From sequence record MZ501087: a stretch of 47,731 nt of DNA; one strand, given 5' to 3'. Source of the DNA: Escherichia phage JulesPiccard. Each line of letters starts with the position of its first letter. Position 1 is the first letter of the stretch. A program made the position numbers and the translations under genes. Below, piece by piece: positions 38,271 to 46,169 of this stretch. Under the pieces are notes generated by a model that did not search any database, was not told where the DNA came from, and worked only from the letters and a program-made list of their open reading frames with translations.

Positions 38271-38431
38271 TTTGTTACTCTCTTCGTTGTCCACATGAAT
38301 TTGTTAGGTACTGATTTGCGCACGATTCGCACAGCAATCTTGTCAAACTTCTGAACTAAACCGTAAATCTTCCCATCAAGTGAGGAGCGGTAAACAGCCT
38401 CTTCCATTGCGTCGTAAAAGTTGTCGAACAT
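38267..38431 (-). CDS. hypothetical protein (54 aa)
   Basis: MFDNFYDAMEEAVY...; fills gap between neighbouring minus genes. Confidence 0.3.
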   Translation of the reverse strand: MFDNFYDAMEEAVYRSSLDGKIYGLVQKFDKIAVRIVRKSVPNKFMWTTKRVTK

Positions 38432-38434
38432 TTT

Positions 38435-38626
38435 CTATCTCTTTGTTGCGTAAGTAATATTGCCCGCTGGAGTTGAGCATGTGATATCAAGTGGTTTGCT
38501 GTTGTGCTTAATTGTCTTGCTCTGCTCTCTAGCTGTCAAAACTGAATCAATAATCCTTTGGATGATAACCTTATCTCGTTTGCTTGACAGCTTCCATCGT
38601 TTCGTTAAAGTTTTTATGTCTTGCAT
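38435..38626 (-). CDS. hypothetical protein
   Basis: 63-aa basic protein, RBS GGGAGATG; promoter element on minus strand upstream. Confidence 0.45.
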   Translation of the reverse strand: MQDIKTLTKRWKLSSKRDKVIIQRIIDSVLTAREQSKTIKHNSKPLDITCSTPAGNITYATKR

Positions 38627-38652
38627 TTCACATCTCCCGTTTCAATGAGATG

Positions 38653-38695
38653 AATATACATGAAAAGCCCCGAAGGGATTTAGCGATTCGTGCTA
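38653..38695 (-). promoter_or_regulatory. conserved promoter/operator element (internal to minus operon)
   Basis: minus strand TAGCACGAATCGCTAAA-(hairpin CCCTTCGGGG)-TATATT-CATCTCATTGAAACGGGAGATG. Confidence 0.5.
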
Positions 38696-38841
38696 TTGCG
38701 TGCTTTTTCTATCGCCCTTAGCATAATCTCATGACTATCAAGCAAGTCTTCTCGGAACCAATCCCCGCATGGCCAGCCCTTTCCGCTGTAGGCGCTGATG
38801 ACCTCCAGATCGAAATAATTTATCTCAGATGGTAATAGCAT
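38680..38841 (-). CDS. hypothetical protein (53 aa)
   Basis: MLLPSEINYFDLEV...; stop codon inside promoter element. Confidence 0.3.
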   Translation of the reverse strand: MLLPSEINYFDLEVISAYSGKGWPCGDWFREDLLDSHEIMLRAIEKARNSTNR

Positions 38842-38844
38842 TAC

Positions 38845-39036
38845 TCAGGCCTCCATAATGTATTCAAACTCTGATGTAAACAGTGGAAGCTCCCTTCCGG
38901 AAGGAGTCTTGATACTAACCCCGCCGGACTCATACTGTCGCATAACCTCGTAAGAACCTCCAATCTCAACTCCGTAGAATTCTCTCTCGTATTTGCCGTG
39001 TTTCGTTTGAAAGCTGATTAATTTAATTTTCATCAT
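38845..39036 (-). CDS. hypothetical protein
   Basis: 63-aa ORF in tightly packed minus operon. Confidence 0.4.
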   Translation of the reverse strand: MMKIKLISFQTKHGKYEREFYGVEIGGSYEVMRQYESGGVSIKTPSGRELPLFTSEFEYIMEA

Positions 39037-39272
39037 TTCACCTCATTAAAGGTTGCAATACCAGGGATAAACATTCCAACCTTCCAGCCCGCAATGGCAA
39101 TCCATCCAGAGTCGTGCTTGTGCGGTCGCTCAGCGCCATTAATCACCCACTCGTTCGGGATTGTCTTGCCGTTAATGATTAGCGGCTCAGCGTCGTATGC
39201 AGAGCCTTTGACGAATGGTGTTAATACCTTCTTGTCTGTACTTGTAATAACGTTAGTGCAGCGAATTTTCAT
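39033..39272 (-). CDS. hypothetical protein
   Basis: start MKIRCT after GAGGA RBS. Confidence 0.4.
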   Translation of the reverse strand: MKIRCTNVITSTDKKVLTPFVKGSAYDAEPLIINGKTIPNEWVINGAERPHKHDSGWIAIAGWKVGMFIPGIATFNEVK

Positions 39273-39282
39273 ATCCAAATCC

Positions 39283-39462
39283 TCAAATAAATGGTAGGCA
39301 TTCGTCACAGCCAAGTCCATCACAGCACAGGAATTCATCTTCTGACTGGAATTGCTTAGCCAAATCTATATCCAACTTTCCTCGCACCACAAGTTCCGTG
39401 TAATCCTCGTTAAGCCCAATCAGTGCGCATTCTTGGCGTAACTCATCTTTATCAATCTTCAT
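39283..39462 (-). CDS. hypothetical protein (Cys-rich C-terminus)
   Basis: MKIDKDEL...; first gene after minus-strand promoter element at 39490..39533. Confidence 0.4.
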   Translation of the reverse strand: MKIDKDELRQECALIGLNEDYTELVVRGKLDIDLAKQFQSEDEFLCCDGLGCDECLPFI

Positions 39463-39489
39463 ATCCACCCCCTCGTTGTTGATGAGTTG

Positions 39490-39533
39490 ACTATACCCTC
39501 GCCAGACCATAACGTCATTAACAAAAAGTGCTA
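39490..39533 (-). promoter_or_regulatory. conserved promoter/operator element (heads minus operon)
   Basis: minus strand TAGCACTTTTTGTTAAT ... TATAGT ... CAACAACGAGGGGG. Confidence 0.5.
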
Positions 39534-39544
39534 TTCGTCAGATT

Positions 39545-39660
39545 TATGGATTGTTGCAGATATTGCAATGATTCACATGATTATTGCACATATAGCAATA
39601 TTGCTTCAGATGCAATGATGTTTTTGATTGTTGCGAAAAGTGAAATGAAGGGGTGAGTGA
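39545..39660. repeat. iteron-like cluster of TTGCA/TGCAA motifs
   Basis: about 7 ATTGCA/TGCAAT units at roughly helical spacing. Confidence 0.45.
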
Positions 39661-39744
39661 GCGAATGATAGATGGATGGACTACCATACAAGTTGATTTT
39701 GATTCTTCTTGAGCAACTTTGCGCATACGCGTTATAAAGGTTAT

Positions 39745-40060
39745 GCCATGTAGATGAAATCTCACTCCGCAGGAATCGTGTACGCCTATCACGCAGGATT
39801 ACGCAATGGTTACGTAATAATATCTATATATATCAACCTTTTAGTGTTATTATTATTATTATTATTATATACGTGTATATAGTGTAGATAGTGGATATTG
39901 GATATTGCGATAGTTTTCTATGATTTTTTCCTACACTTGTAGGAATGTGACTACACTGTAGGAATAAATAGGCATATATGGGCCACCCCTCCATAAAAAC
40001 TTATCTACAATCTGTACACGGCTTTACATTGAGCTATATCTGGGGTTGGTAGCTGAAAAG
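39745..40060. repeat. AT-rich control-region repeat, copy 2 (contains (TTA)6 at 39847..39864)
   Basis: same core and tail as copy 1; lies in 620-bp divergent intergenic region. Confidence 0.6.
39930..39962. promoter_or_regulatory. two adjacent palindromic sites CCTACACTTGTAGG and CTACACTGTAGG
   Basis: direct repeat of an inverted repeat, operator-like. Confidence 0.4.
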
Positions 40061-40094
40061 CGTAAATAAATTGAATTCAACCACAAATAACGCT

Positions 40095-40122
40095 TGATAA
40101 CATGTAACCTCGATGATATTAT
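40095..40122 (+). promoter_or_regulatory. sigma70-like promoter (TTGATA-N16-TATTAT)
   Basis: near-consensus hexamers upstream of 40163 gene. Confidence 0.45.
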
Positions 40123-40162
40123 GCACCCATATTAACGAAGGCAACAATCAGGAGTAATATCT

Positions 40163-40684
40163 ATGTCGAATCGAATTCAGCCAGTAAGCCTTGGTGATGT
40201 TATCCGCTACATGGCCAAGCAGGCACTTAAGACTGACAACCGAACTTTTCATGTCCCAATCCATCTTATAGCTCGCCAGGTGTACGGACTAACGTCTGAT
40301 GATATGGGCCGAATCAGCACTGAAGATCTCGAGACTGGTGGCAAATACAGCTTGGCAAAGTTGAAAGCGTCATATGTCTCTAACACAGTTGCAAGGATGC
40401 CGGAGATTCAGGAGGCGAACGTTCGGGCCAAGCTATCAATCAAGGACGGAGACTTCGGGGATGATGTTGATGTTCGATGCGCATACATCACCTTGGTAGA
40501 TGGGGCAATTCAGAAAGGAAAGAGAGTGAAGGCCAACAACCAGGTTGCAGAGAAGGCGGTGAACGACTTTAAGGATAGAATCCTCAAGCTAATGCCATCC
40601 GTGACTGAGTTTGAAGGAGGCGAGATCACTGGAGCCATTAAGGCAATTAAGATGTACCAGGAAATGATTAAGGAGACAAAATAA
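40163..40684 (+). CDS. hypothetical protein
   Basis: RBS AGGAG; sigma70-like promoter TTGATA-N16-TATTAT upstream. Confidence 0.5.
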   Translation: MSNRIQPVSLGDVIRYMAKQALKTDNRTFHVPIHLIARQVYGLTSDDMGRISTEDLETGGKYSLAKLKASYVSNTVARMPEIQEANVRAKLSIKDGDFGDDVDVRCAYITLVDGAIQKGKRVKANNQVAEKAVNDFKDRILKLMPSVTEFEGGEITGAIKAIKMYQEMIKETK

Positions 40685-41223
40685 TGGGGATGTTTGATTT
40701 TACCGAAGAGAAGCTGACAGATGAGCAGATTATGCAGATTGCTGCGCGGGATGGACTTCCTCCGCTACGAGTTGCAATCAATGCCAATGGATATCGCCAG
40801 TCTCAATCATTCTGGTGTAGTGTTGAGGAGTTGCTCTGCGCAAAGCTCGACAGCAAGTCGGGCGTAGTTGTGCTAAAAATTCACGACCAGAGCAGGAACG
40901 GTAAAGGGGTTGTAGGAATTAGATCAACATATGAAGCGCTGAGAAAGGTCAAGCCATTTGCCGGACTCAACGGAGTCATGCATGACCTGAAAAATAACAT
41001 CCTGCCATCGCTACAGGACGTAGGAATCATCTGCCTCATTGGAGATAAAATTTACGTGCATCCATACATCATTGGCATGCATGCGATAGAAGTTGAAGAG
41101 TGGTGCGACCCATGTCCTGCTGTTGAGCAAGATACTAGACTACCATACCACTTGCGTTATAGTGAGGAAGAGGTGGAGATGGCGATGGACTTGTATCGTA
41201 GATGGAATGCTGTTGGGAAATGA
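40684..41223 (+). CDS. truncated paralog of the 527-aa protein (N- and C-terminal segments only)
   Basis: N-terminus MFDFTEEKLTDEQIMQIAARDGLPPLRVAINANGYRQSQSFW and C-terminus RNGKGVVGIRSTYEALRKVKPF..CLIGDKIYV match ends of 36259..37842. Confidence 0.55.
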   Translation: MGMFDFTEEKLTDEQIMQIAARDGLPPLRVAINANGYRQSQSFWCSVEELLCAKLDSKSGVVVLKIHDQSRNGKGVVGIRSTYEALRKVKPFAGLNGVMHDLKNNILPSLQDVGIICLIGDKIYVHPYIIGMHAIEVEEWCDPCPAVEQDTRLPYHLRYSEEEVEMAMDLYRRWNAVGK

Positions 41224-41243
41224 AGCCAATCCTGAACGGTGAA

Positions 41244-41286
41244 TAGCAATAATTGCTAAACAATTGATCGGGTAGTCAGCTATGAT
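41244..41286 (+). promoter_or_regulatory. conserved promoter/operator element
   Basis: TAGCAATAATTGCTAAAC ... TATGAT-TACCCCATC. Confidence 0.55.
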
Positions 41287-41310
41287 TACCCCATCTACAA
41301 CAAAGAGGAA

Positions 41311-41520
41311 ATGAAGATGGAAAATATTCGTATTGAAGATGTTTACGTTGACCAGGCTGAGGTCAGCATCACAAAAAGAGATCGTGGTGCCGTTGTATCT
41401 CTGGATTTCGACCCTGATGAATACGGAGATTGTCAGACGCTGATGCAATACAGTCCAGACCAGGCGCGCAAGCTGGCGGCGGCATTAATTCTGGCGGCTG
41501 ATGAGGCAGAGAAGCAATGA
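41311..41520 (+). CDS. hypothetical small protein (paralog pair member)
   Basis: C-terminus ARKLAAALILAADEAEKQ resembles next gene. Confidence 0.45.
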   Translation: MKMENIRIEDVYVDQAEVSITKRDRGAVVSLDFDPDEYGDCQTLMQYSPDQARKLAAALILAADEAEKQ

Positions 41521-41631
41521 GTAGTCATCACAATGAGCACGTAATGCAGCTCTACCGACATAATCTCAAGTCACTTGGTCGGTTGGGTAGGTAAAATAAC
41601 GGGCCTTTACAGGCCCATTTAGAGGTGTTAT

Positions 41632-41817
41632 ATGAGCAACGGAATCATTATAAAATCTGGCGACAGGATTCTTATTGAGGCGCGCAGAAATGTCGTTGAA
41701 CTTGAAACAGAAAATGACTATGCGTTCATGACTCCAGAGCAGGCGCTTGAACTTGCAGCCGCCCTTGTATCTGCGGCGAATGAAGCCAACAACCAGCTCG
41801 GGAGCGCCCAGGCATGA
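41632..41817 (+). CDS. hypothetical small protein (paralog pair member)
   Basis: C-terminus ALELAAALVSAANEANNQ; RBS AGAGGTG. Confidence 0.45.
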   Translation: MSNGIIIKSGDRILIEARRNVVELETENDYAFMTPEQALELAAALVSAANEANNQLGSAQA

Positions 41818-42038
41818 AGAAGCATCGCATTGTGATGATCAGGACTGAGACGGCGTTCGGCGATCCGTGTCACAGTACTGTCGATGCGTTCGTGAGTGAG
41901 CTTGCGGCTGGTCCAGGGAAAACCGTCCAAGATGACAAATACGGCGTCGCAGATGAATTGACGAAGAAAAGCAAATTCACTTTCGGTAGCAATTTCGGTG
42001 AAGGCAAAGCGCTTACCATGTCAACTGCGAAAATGTAG
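41814..42038 (+). CDS. hypothetical protein, ends at in-frame TAG
   Basis: 74 aa; same frame as downstream Met-less ORF. Confidence 0.4.
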   Translation: MKKHRIVMIRTETAFGDPCHSTVDAFVSELAAGPGKTVQDDKYGVADELTKKSKFTFGSNFGEGKALTMSTAKM

Positions 42039-42077
42039 CCACGAATCGGCGGTTACGGATATGTCAATCGTCACATA

Positions 42078-42377
42078 TTGGCGGTTAGCGAATGCGAATC
42101 GGCACGCGATCGCAAGGTGGCTGTTTGCTATTGCGTTGGTGGCAATGAGTTCATCAATGGTTGCGAATGCGAGTATGAAGTTGATGAGCGCGAGGCGGGG
42201 TGTGAGCCGCGCATTATTCATATCGTACAAGATGCATTCGTCTCTGACTTAAAAGGTGATCACCGCTGGGAATCTGTTAAGTTTGGAAAGCTTAACATTG
42301 ATGGAAAAGATCTTGGCGATGCATACGCAATCATAAATCCTGATGGCGGCGTAGTGGCTCAGTTCTACATCAAATAG
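42078..42377 (+). CDS. Cys-rich hypothetical protein (no ATG; TTG start or readthrough product)
   Basis: open frame from 42039 with no Met; CYC..C.C motifs; stop TAG forms promoter element 42375. Confidence 0.35.
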   Translation: MAVSECESARDRKVAVCYCVGGNEFINGCECEYEVDEREAGCEPRIIHIVQDAFVSDLKGDHRWESVKFGKLNIDGKDLGDAYAIINPDGGVVAQFYIK

Positions 42378-42417
42378 CACGATTTGTTAAAAGGGGATTC
42401 ATCCTGACTGGTATAAT
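42375..42417 (+). promoter_or_regulatory. conserved promoter/operator element
   Basis: TAGCACGATTTGTTAAA-N22-TATAAT. Confidence 0.55.
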
Positions 42418-42450
42418 CCCCACATCAACCACACGAATGGAAGTTAACAA

Positions 42451-42990
42451 ATGAATCAGATGTACACCATGATTAAGCAACACCTGAACACCGAGGCAAT
42501 CAACAAGCCAGTCTACGTGTTTGACTACGACGGCACGCTGTCGGACGGATCGCATCGCTTGCATAAGTTGCCGACAAAGGATTTACACCTCACTGAGTCA
42601 TGGTCTGAATTCAATCGACTGTCAGAATATGATGAACCTATCGAATCAACCATTCAGGTGATGAATAGCCTGTACGACTCTGGCGCATACATCATCATCC
42701 TAACCGGGCGGTCAGACGAGGTGTGTGAAATTTCGACTCAGTGGCTTCATGATGCTAAAGCAAAATATAACGTAATGGTCATGCGCCAGGCTGATGACAA
42801 CAGAAAGGATACAATCATCAAAGAGGAGTTCTTGCGCTACATTGGCTTGCATCGAATTACGGCAGCATTCGATGATAGCCCTAACGTGGTTGCGCACTTC
42901 CGAAGCCTGGGCATCACTACCTATCAGGTTTGCGACTATGGCGATAAGCTACACGCTGGAGTCGGATCGCATGGCGTTCATCATAAGTGA
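42451..42990 (+). CDS. HAD-family 3'-phosphatase (T4 Pnk phosphatase-domain-like)
   Basis: FDYDGTL (DxDGT), IILTGR, RKDTIIKEEF, AFDDSPNVV collinear with the T4 polynucleotide kinase C-terminal domain as recalled. Confidence 0.65.
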   Translation: MNQMYTMIKQHLNTEAINKPVYVFDYDGTLSDGSHRLHKLPTKDLHLTESWSEFNRLSEYDEPIESTIQVMNSLYDSGAYIIILTGRSDEVCEISTQWLHDAKAKYNVMVMRQADDNRKDTIIKEEFLRYIGLHRITAAFDDSPNVVAHFRSLGITTYQVCDYGDKLHAGVGSHGVHHK

Positions 42991-43110
42991 CGATATACGA
43001 ACATAAATTCAGTAGCAGGGGTATTGATATGCTCCTGCACTATGTAGACGAAAAATACGCAAATCTCATGCTTAAGACGCATGGTGGCACAATAACGAGG
43101 ATTAACATCA

Positions 43111-43743
43111 ATGGCTAAAATAATCATTCTTAATGGACCGGCAGGTATTGGAAAGGACACTATCGGAAACGCGCTTGCAGCAGATTACAATTGCAACCTG
43201 GTAAGTTTCAAGCGTCCTATGTTTGATATCGCATCCTCAATACTAGGCGCTTTAGCCTTCAGCAAATTCATCACCGCTTATAATGACCGAGATCAGAAAG
43301 AGCGTCCTCAGGAATTTCTTGGTGGAAAGACATGCCGTGAGTTCATGATCTGGATTAGCGAATCAGTAGTTAAGCCGCTTTTAGGCGATAGGCAGTTCGG
43401 TAAGTTGATGAGCGAACATATCCAGATGCGTGACGAAGGCTTTACGTTTGTTTGCACTGATGGCGGTTTCCCTGATGAGGTTATTCAGCTAGTGGAAGAT
43501 GGACACGATGTTACCCTTGTACGCTTATTTATGGATGGTAAGACATTCGCTGGCGATAGTCGTGATTACATCCGAATCAAGGAATCGCACTTCCCTGATT
43601 ACCATGCCTACCAGGAGCATGATGTTCATCTAGTCAATGGTGATATTTATGGCGGTGTTCTGTCGGTAGCTGATGCTTGCGGTATTGGCTCACCAGTTCC
43701 AGAGGTTGATGTTTACGAGTGGGAAGATGGATTACCCTGGTAA
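43111..43743 (+). CDS. P-loop nucleotide kinase (dNMP-kinase-like)
   Basis: N-terminal IILNGPAGIGKDT P-loop at residue ~7. Confidence 0.5.
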   Translation: MAKIIILNGPAGIGKDTIGNALAADYNCNLVSFKRPMFDIASSILGALAFSKFITAYNDRDQKERPQEFLGGKTCREFMIWISESVVKPLLGDRQFGKLMSEHIQMRDEGFTFVCTDGGFPDEVIQLVEDGHDVTLVRLFMDGKTFAGDSRDYIRIKESHFPDYHAYQEHDVHLVNGDIYGGVLSVADACGIGSPVPEVDVYEWEDGLPW

Positions 43744-43744
43744 A

Positions 43745-43787
43745 TAGCACGAATCGCCAAAGCCGCTCCGGCGGGTTTTGTTATAGT
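43745..43787 (+). promoter_or_regulatory. conserved promoter/operator element with embedded GC hairpin
   Basis: TAGCACGAATCGCCAAAGCCGCTCCGGCGGGTTTTGTTATAGT. Confidence 0.5.
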
Positions 43788-43819
43788 TAGTTCACACCAA
43801 ACGAGAGGAAGTAGAAGAA

Positions 43820-44011
43820 ATGATTACAATTAACCTGTCAGAAGAAATGGCTGCTGACCTTATTGATTCACTAAGCCTGGTTAAAATTCGATACGGGACT
43901 TACAACAGAAGCGAATCAATAAAGGAAGTGGTAAAGCAAGTTAAACAGCAGGTCGAAGCGGCCAAAATCGAATTGCAGAACACCCCATACGATTTTAATA
44001 AAGGTGAGTAA
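43820..44011 (+). CDS. hypothetical small protein (tandem paralog 1)
   Basis: MITINLSEEMAADL. Confidence 0.45.
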   Translation: MITINLSEEMAADLIDSLSLVKIRYGTYNRSESIKEVVKQVKQQVEAAKIELQNTPYDFNKGE

Positions 44012-44012
44012 G

Positions 44013-44231
44013 ATGATTACAATTAACCTGTCAGACAAGCAAGCAGCAGAACTTAAATCCATGTTATCAATCTTTGAGAAGCCAAATGACCGAGCAATTG
44101 CAAAAGAGGTTATCTCTCAGATCAACAACCAGCAATTCGACGTCAGTGACTTCGAGTCATCACGTCAATATGAAGCGATGAGTGTCAACGCTGCATACCT
44201 GGTTAACTGGGATAAGGCGACTAAGCAATGA
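44013..44231 (+). CDS. hypothetical small protein (tandem paralog 2)
   Basis: MITINLSDKQAAEL; RBS AAGGTGAG. Confidence 0.45.
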   Translation: MITINLSDKQAAELKSMLSIFEKPNDRAIAKEVISQINNQQFDVSDFESSRQYEAMSVNAAYLVNWDKATKQ

Positions 44232-44365
44232 TTTACGTTCACACTTACTACACTGCAAAGTTTAATAGCGTGAAGAATGTTAGTGTTCACGAAAGCTACG
44301 AGAGCGCAAAAGCTCAATGGTTGGTTCTCGGCGGTGATATTAATTCATATAGAGTCGATGAATAG
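44228..44365 (+). CDS. hypothetical protein (45 aa)
   Basis: ATGA overlap; stop TAG forms promoter element 44363. Confidence 0.3.
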   Translation: MIYVHTYYTAKFNSVKNVSVHESYESAKAQWLVLGGDINSYRVDE

Positions 44366-44405
44366 CAAGAATTGCTAAAACAGCATTGGGGTAATTTGTT
44401 ATAGT
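44363..44405 (+). promoter_or_regulatory. conserved promoter/operator element
   Basis: TAGCAAGAATTGCTAAAA ... TATAGT-TACCCCATAGAAACGAATGAGG. Confidence 0.55.
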
Positions 44406-44435
44406 TACCCCATAGAAACGAATGAGGAAGAAGAG

Positions 44436-44648
44436 ATGAAAATTGAAATTATCGACGTGGATTACCAGGTGGACCAGGAAATTCCTACTCTGCGCGACTG
44501 TGGTTTCCGGGTTGGAGATATAGTAGAGGTGATTGGTTACTACGATGATGGCGACATTTCAATCCCTGCAATCCGTGAGACTGAGTTCGCCAATATCGGA
44601 GATGAAATCAGTATTTGCGAGCATGAATACAGGGGGGTAGAGAAATGA
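44436..44648 (+). CDS. hypothetical protein
   Basis: RBS GAGGAAG; 70 aa acidic. Confidence 0.45.
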   Translation: MKIEIIDVDYQVDQEIPTLRDCGFRVGDIVEVIGYYDDGDISIPAIRETEFANIGDEISICEHEYRGVEK

Positions 44649-44827
44649 TTAAGTTCGAGCAAAGCGAACCTAAGCTACAGGCTAACCACTTCGATGGCTA
44701 CTCAACATTCATCATTGCCCAGGCGTACGGAATGCGTGAAGACCCACAGGTCCACACAATCCACTTAACCGAAGAGCAGGCTAGAGAGTTGGCTTACGAA
44801 ATTCTAGAGCAATTGAATAAGATTTAA
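44645..44827 (+). CDS. hypothetical protein
   Basis: 60 aa, ATGA overlap. Confidence 0.4.
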   Translation: MIKFEQSEPKLQANHFDGYSTFIIAQAYGMREDPQVHTIHLTEEQARELAYEILEQLNKI

Positions 44828-44876
44828 CGCGCCTAAAACGCACTATGACGAAAGATAATTTAAGTAAGGTGATTCT

Positions 44877-45162
44877 ATGATTAAAGCTGTTTTTGTTGCT
44901 GAGGATGACGATTATCTAGGCCTAAAGACACATGACGTGATCTATGTTGAACCATTAAAAAATGGTGATGGCTATATCTACACTGATAAATTTGGCGTGC
45001 GTCTTTTTATTGAGCGATGGGAAATTGAGGAGATTAGTGGTGAGTAACGAAAGCCCCGTAGAGTGGTGCAAGAGAATGCAGGACGAGGCCAAGACGAGCG
45101 AAGAGGCAATGGCTTACTACGAGCTTGCGAAAATGTGGATGGAGCGGGAGAAGAAGGAATGA
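44877..45162 (+). CDS. hypothetical protein
   Basis: 95-aa ORF (ATG 44877) extending the tracked 44962 ORF. Confidence 0.4.
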
Positions 45163-45302
45163 GCTTCACTGAATATGTTATCGCATGTGAGAGAATTGTG
45201 TTTGACATGAAAACCTTTCACTGGTTCATCATTAAGGATTTAATCAAGCCTTATAAGCAAGGCGTTACGCCAGAACAGTTTGTTAAGTCATTCTATAAAT
45301 AA
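45159..45302 (+). CDS. hypothetical protein (47 aa)
   Basis: ATGA overlap; MSFTEYVIACERIVF... Confidence 0.3.
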   Translation: MSFTEYVIACERIVFDMKTFHWFIIKDLIKPYKQGVTPEQFVKSFYK

Positions 45303-45328
45303 TCTTATCAGAAAGAGAGAGAAACAAA

Positions 45329-45526
45329 ATGTGGATCAACATTAAAGAAGAGATGCCTGGCAGCGAGGATGTTTTGGTTTATTGCTCAGACACAAGAGAG
45401 CAGATGGTTGGGTTCCACAAGGGGAGAGGTCTTTTTCAGTTCTTTTTCATGAATGGGGTGGAGGGAGTTTGCAAACCAACGCATTGGATGCCGCTACCAG
45501 AAGGTCCAGATAGCACGAATTGCTAA
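45329..45526 (+). CDS. hypothetical protein
   Basis: RBS AGAGAGAGAAAC; 65 aa. Confidence 0.45.
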   Translation: MWINIKEEMPGSEDVLVYCSDTREQMVGFHKGRGLFQFFFMNGVEGVCKPTHWMPLPEGPDSTNC

Positions 45527-45553
45527 ACACGCTCGCCACGGATGGCATATAAT
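45511..45553 (+). promoter_or_regulatory. conserved promoter/operator element
   Basis: TAGCACGAATTGCTAAAC-N-TATAAT-TACCCCATCAACACAACGAGAG. Confidence 0.55.
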
Positions 45554-45583
45554 TACCCCATCAACACAACGAGAGATTGAGAG

Positions 45584-45823
45584 ATGTTTGGATTAAATGA
45601 AGCGATGTTTAATGCTGTAAAGCGCCAGGCTAAAAAGCTCAACGATAAGTATGAGACACTAAGCAAACTGGACCGCAAGAATGACAAGCTAGTTGCTGGA
45701 GTTATAACTGAGATTTGGCAGCCCGTTTCTACGGTAATCAGCAGAGATCGCTTTGTGTGGGTAGCTGGTTACTTGCGAGGCCGGGTTGGTCACGACGAGA
45801 ATGGGAATAGCCTTTATGAGTAA
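45584..45823 (+). CDS. hypothetical protein
   Basis: RBS GAGAGATTGAGAG; promoter element 45511. Confidence 0.45.
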   Translation: MFGLNEAMFNAVKRQAKKLNDKYETLSKLDRKNDKLVAGVITEIWQPVSTVISRDRFVWVAGYLRGRVGHDENGNSLYE

Positions 45824-45923
45824 GTTTATTGATTGTGTTATTTACGCGTGGTGCTTGGCGCTGGCTTCAGCCTCGGTTATGTTAATAATTGCTGCGATTA
45901 TGATGATGGGTGGGTATGTATGA
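45816..45923 (+). CDS. possible 35-aa hydrophobic micro-protein
   Basis: MSKFIDCVIYAWCLALASASVMLIIAAIMMMGGYV; overlaps neighbours by start/stop. Confidence 0.25.
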   Translation: MSKFIDCVIYAWCLALASASVMLIIAAIMMMGGYV

Positions 45924-46108
45924 GTAATTGCAACAAGCACCACTATTACTACGCATACGAGTCGAAATTGGAGAAGTCTGACATTGATGGGATTAGATAT
46001 GGATGGGCTGACGCAACGGCGCCATGCATCTTCGTAGGAATGAAAATGGCATTCTACGTTTGCAGTAAGTGCCACAACATACTTATCACCGAGAGGCTGA
46101 GTAAATGA
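45920..46108 (+). CDS. small zinc-ribbon-like protein (paralog 1)
   Basis: CNKHHY...CSKCHN motif pair. Confidence 0.45.
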   Translation: MSNCNKHHYYYAYESKLEKSDIDGIRYGWADATAPCIFVGMKMAFYVCSKCHNILITERLSK

Positions 46109-46169
46109 GTGAACTAACAATCTGGTTTATCGCAGGGCTGGTTACTTGGGCTTACTTTATGGAGGCAGC

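Noticed and set aside
39544-39792. 82-aa minus-strand ORF in the large intergenic region
   Set aside because: Overlaps the iteron cluster; Cys/His/Asn-rich low-complexity translation of ATTGCA repeats; no RBS.
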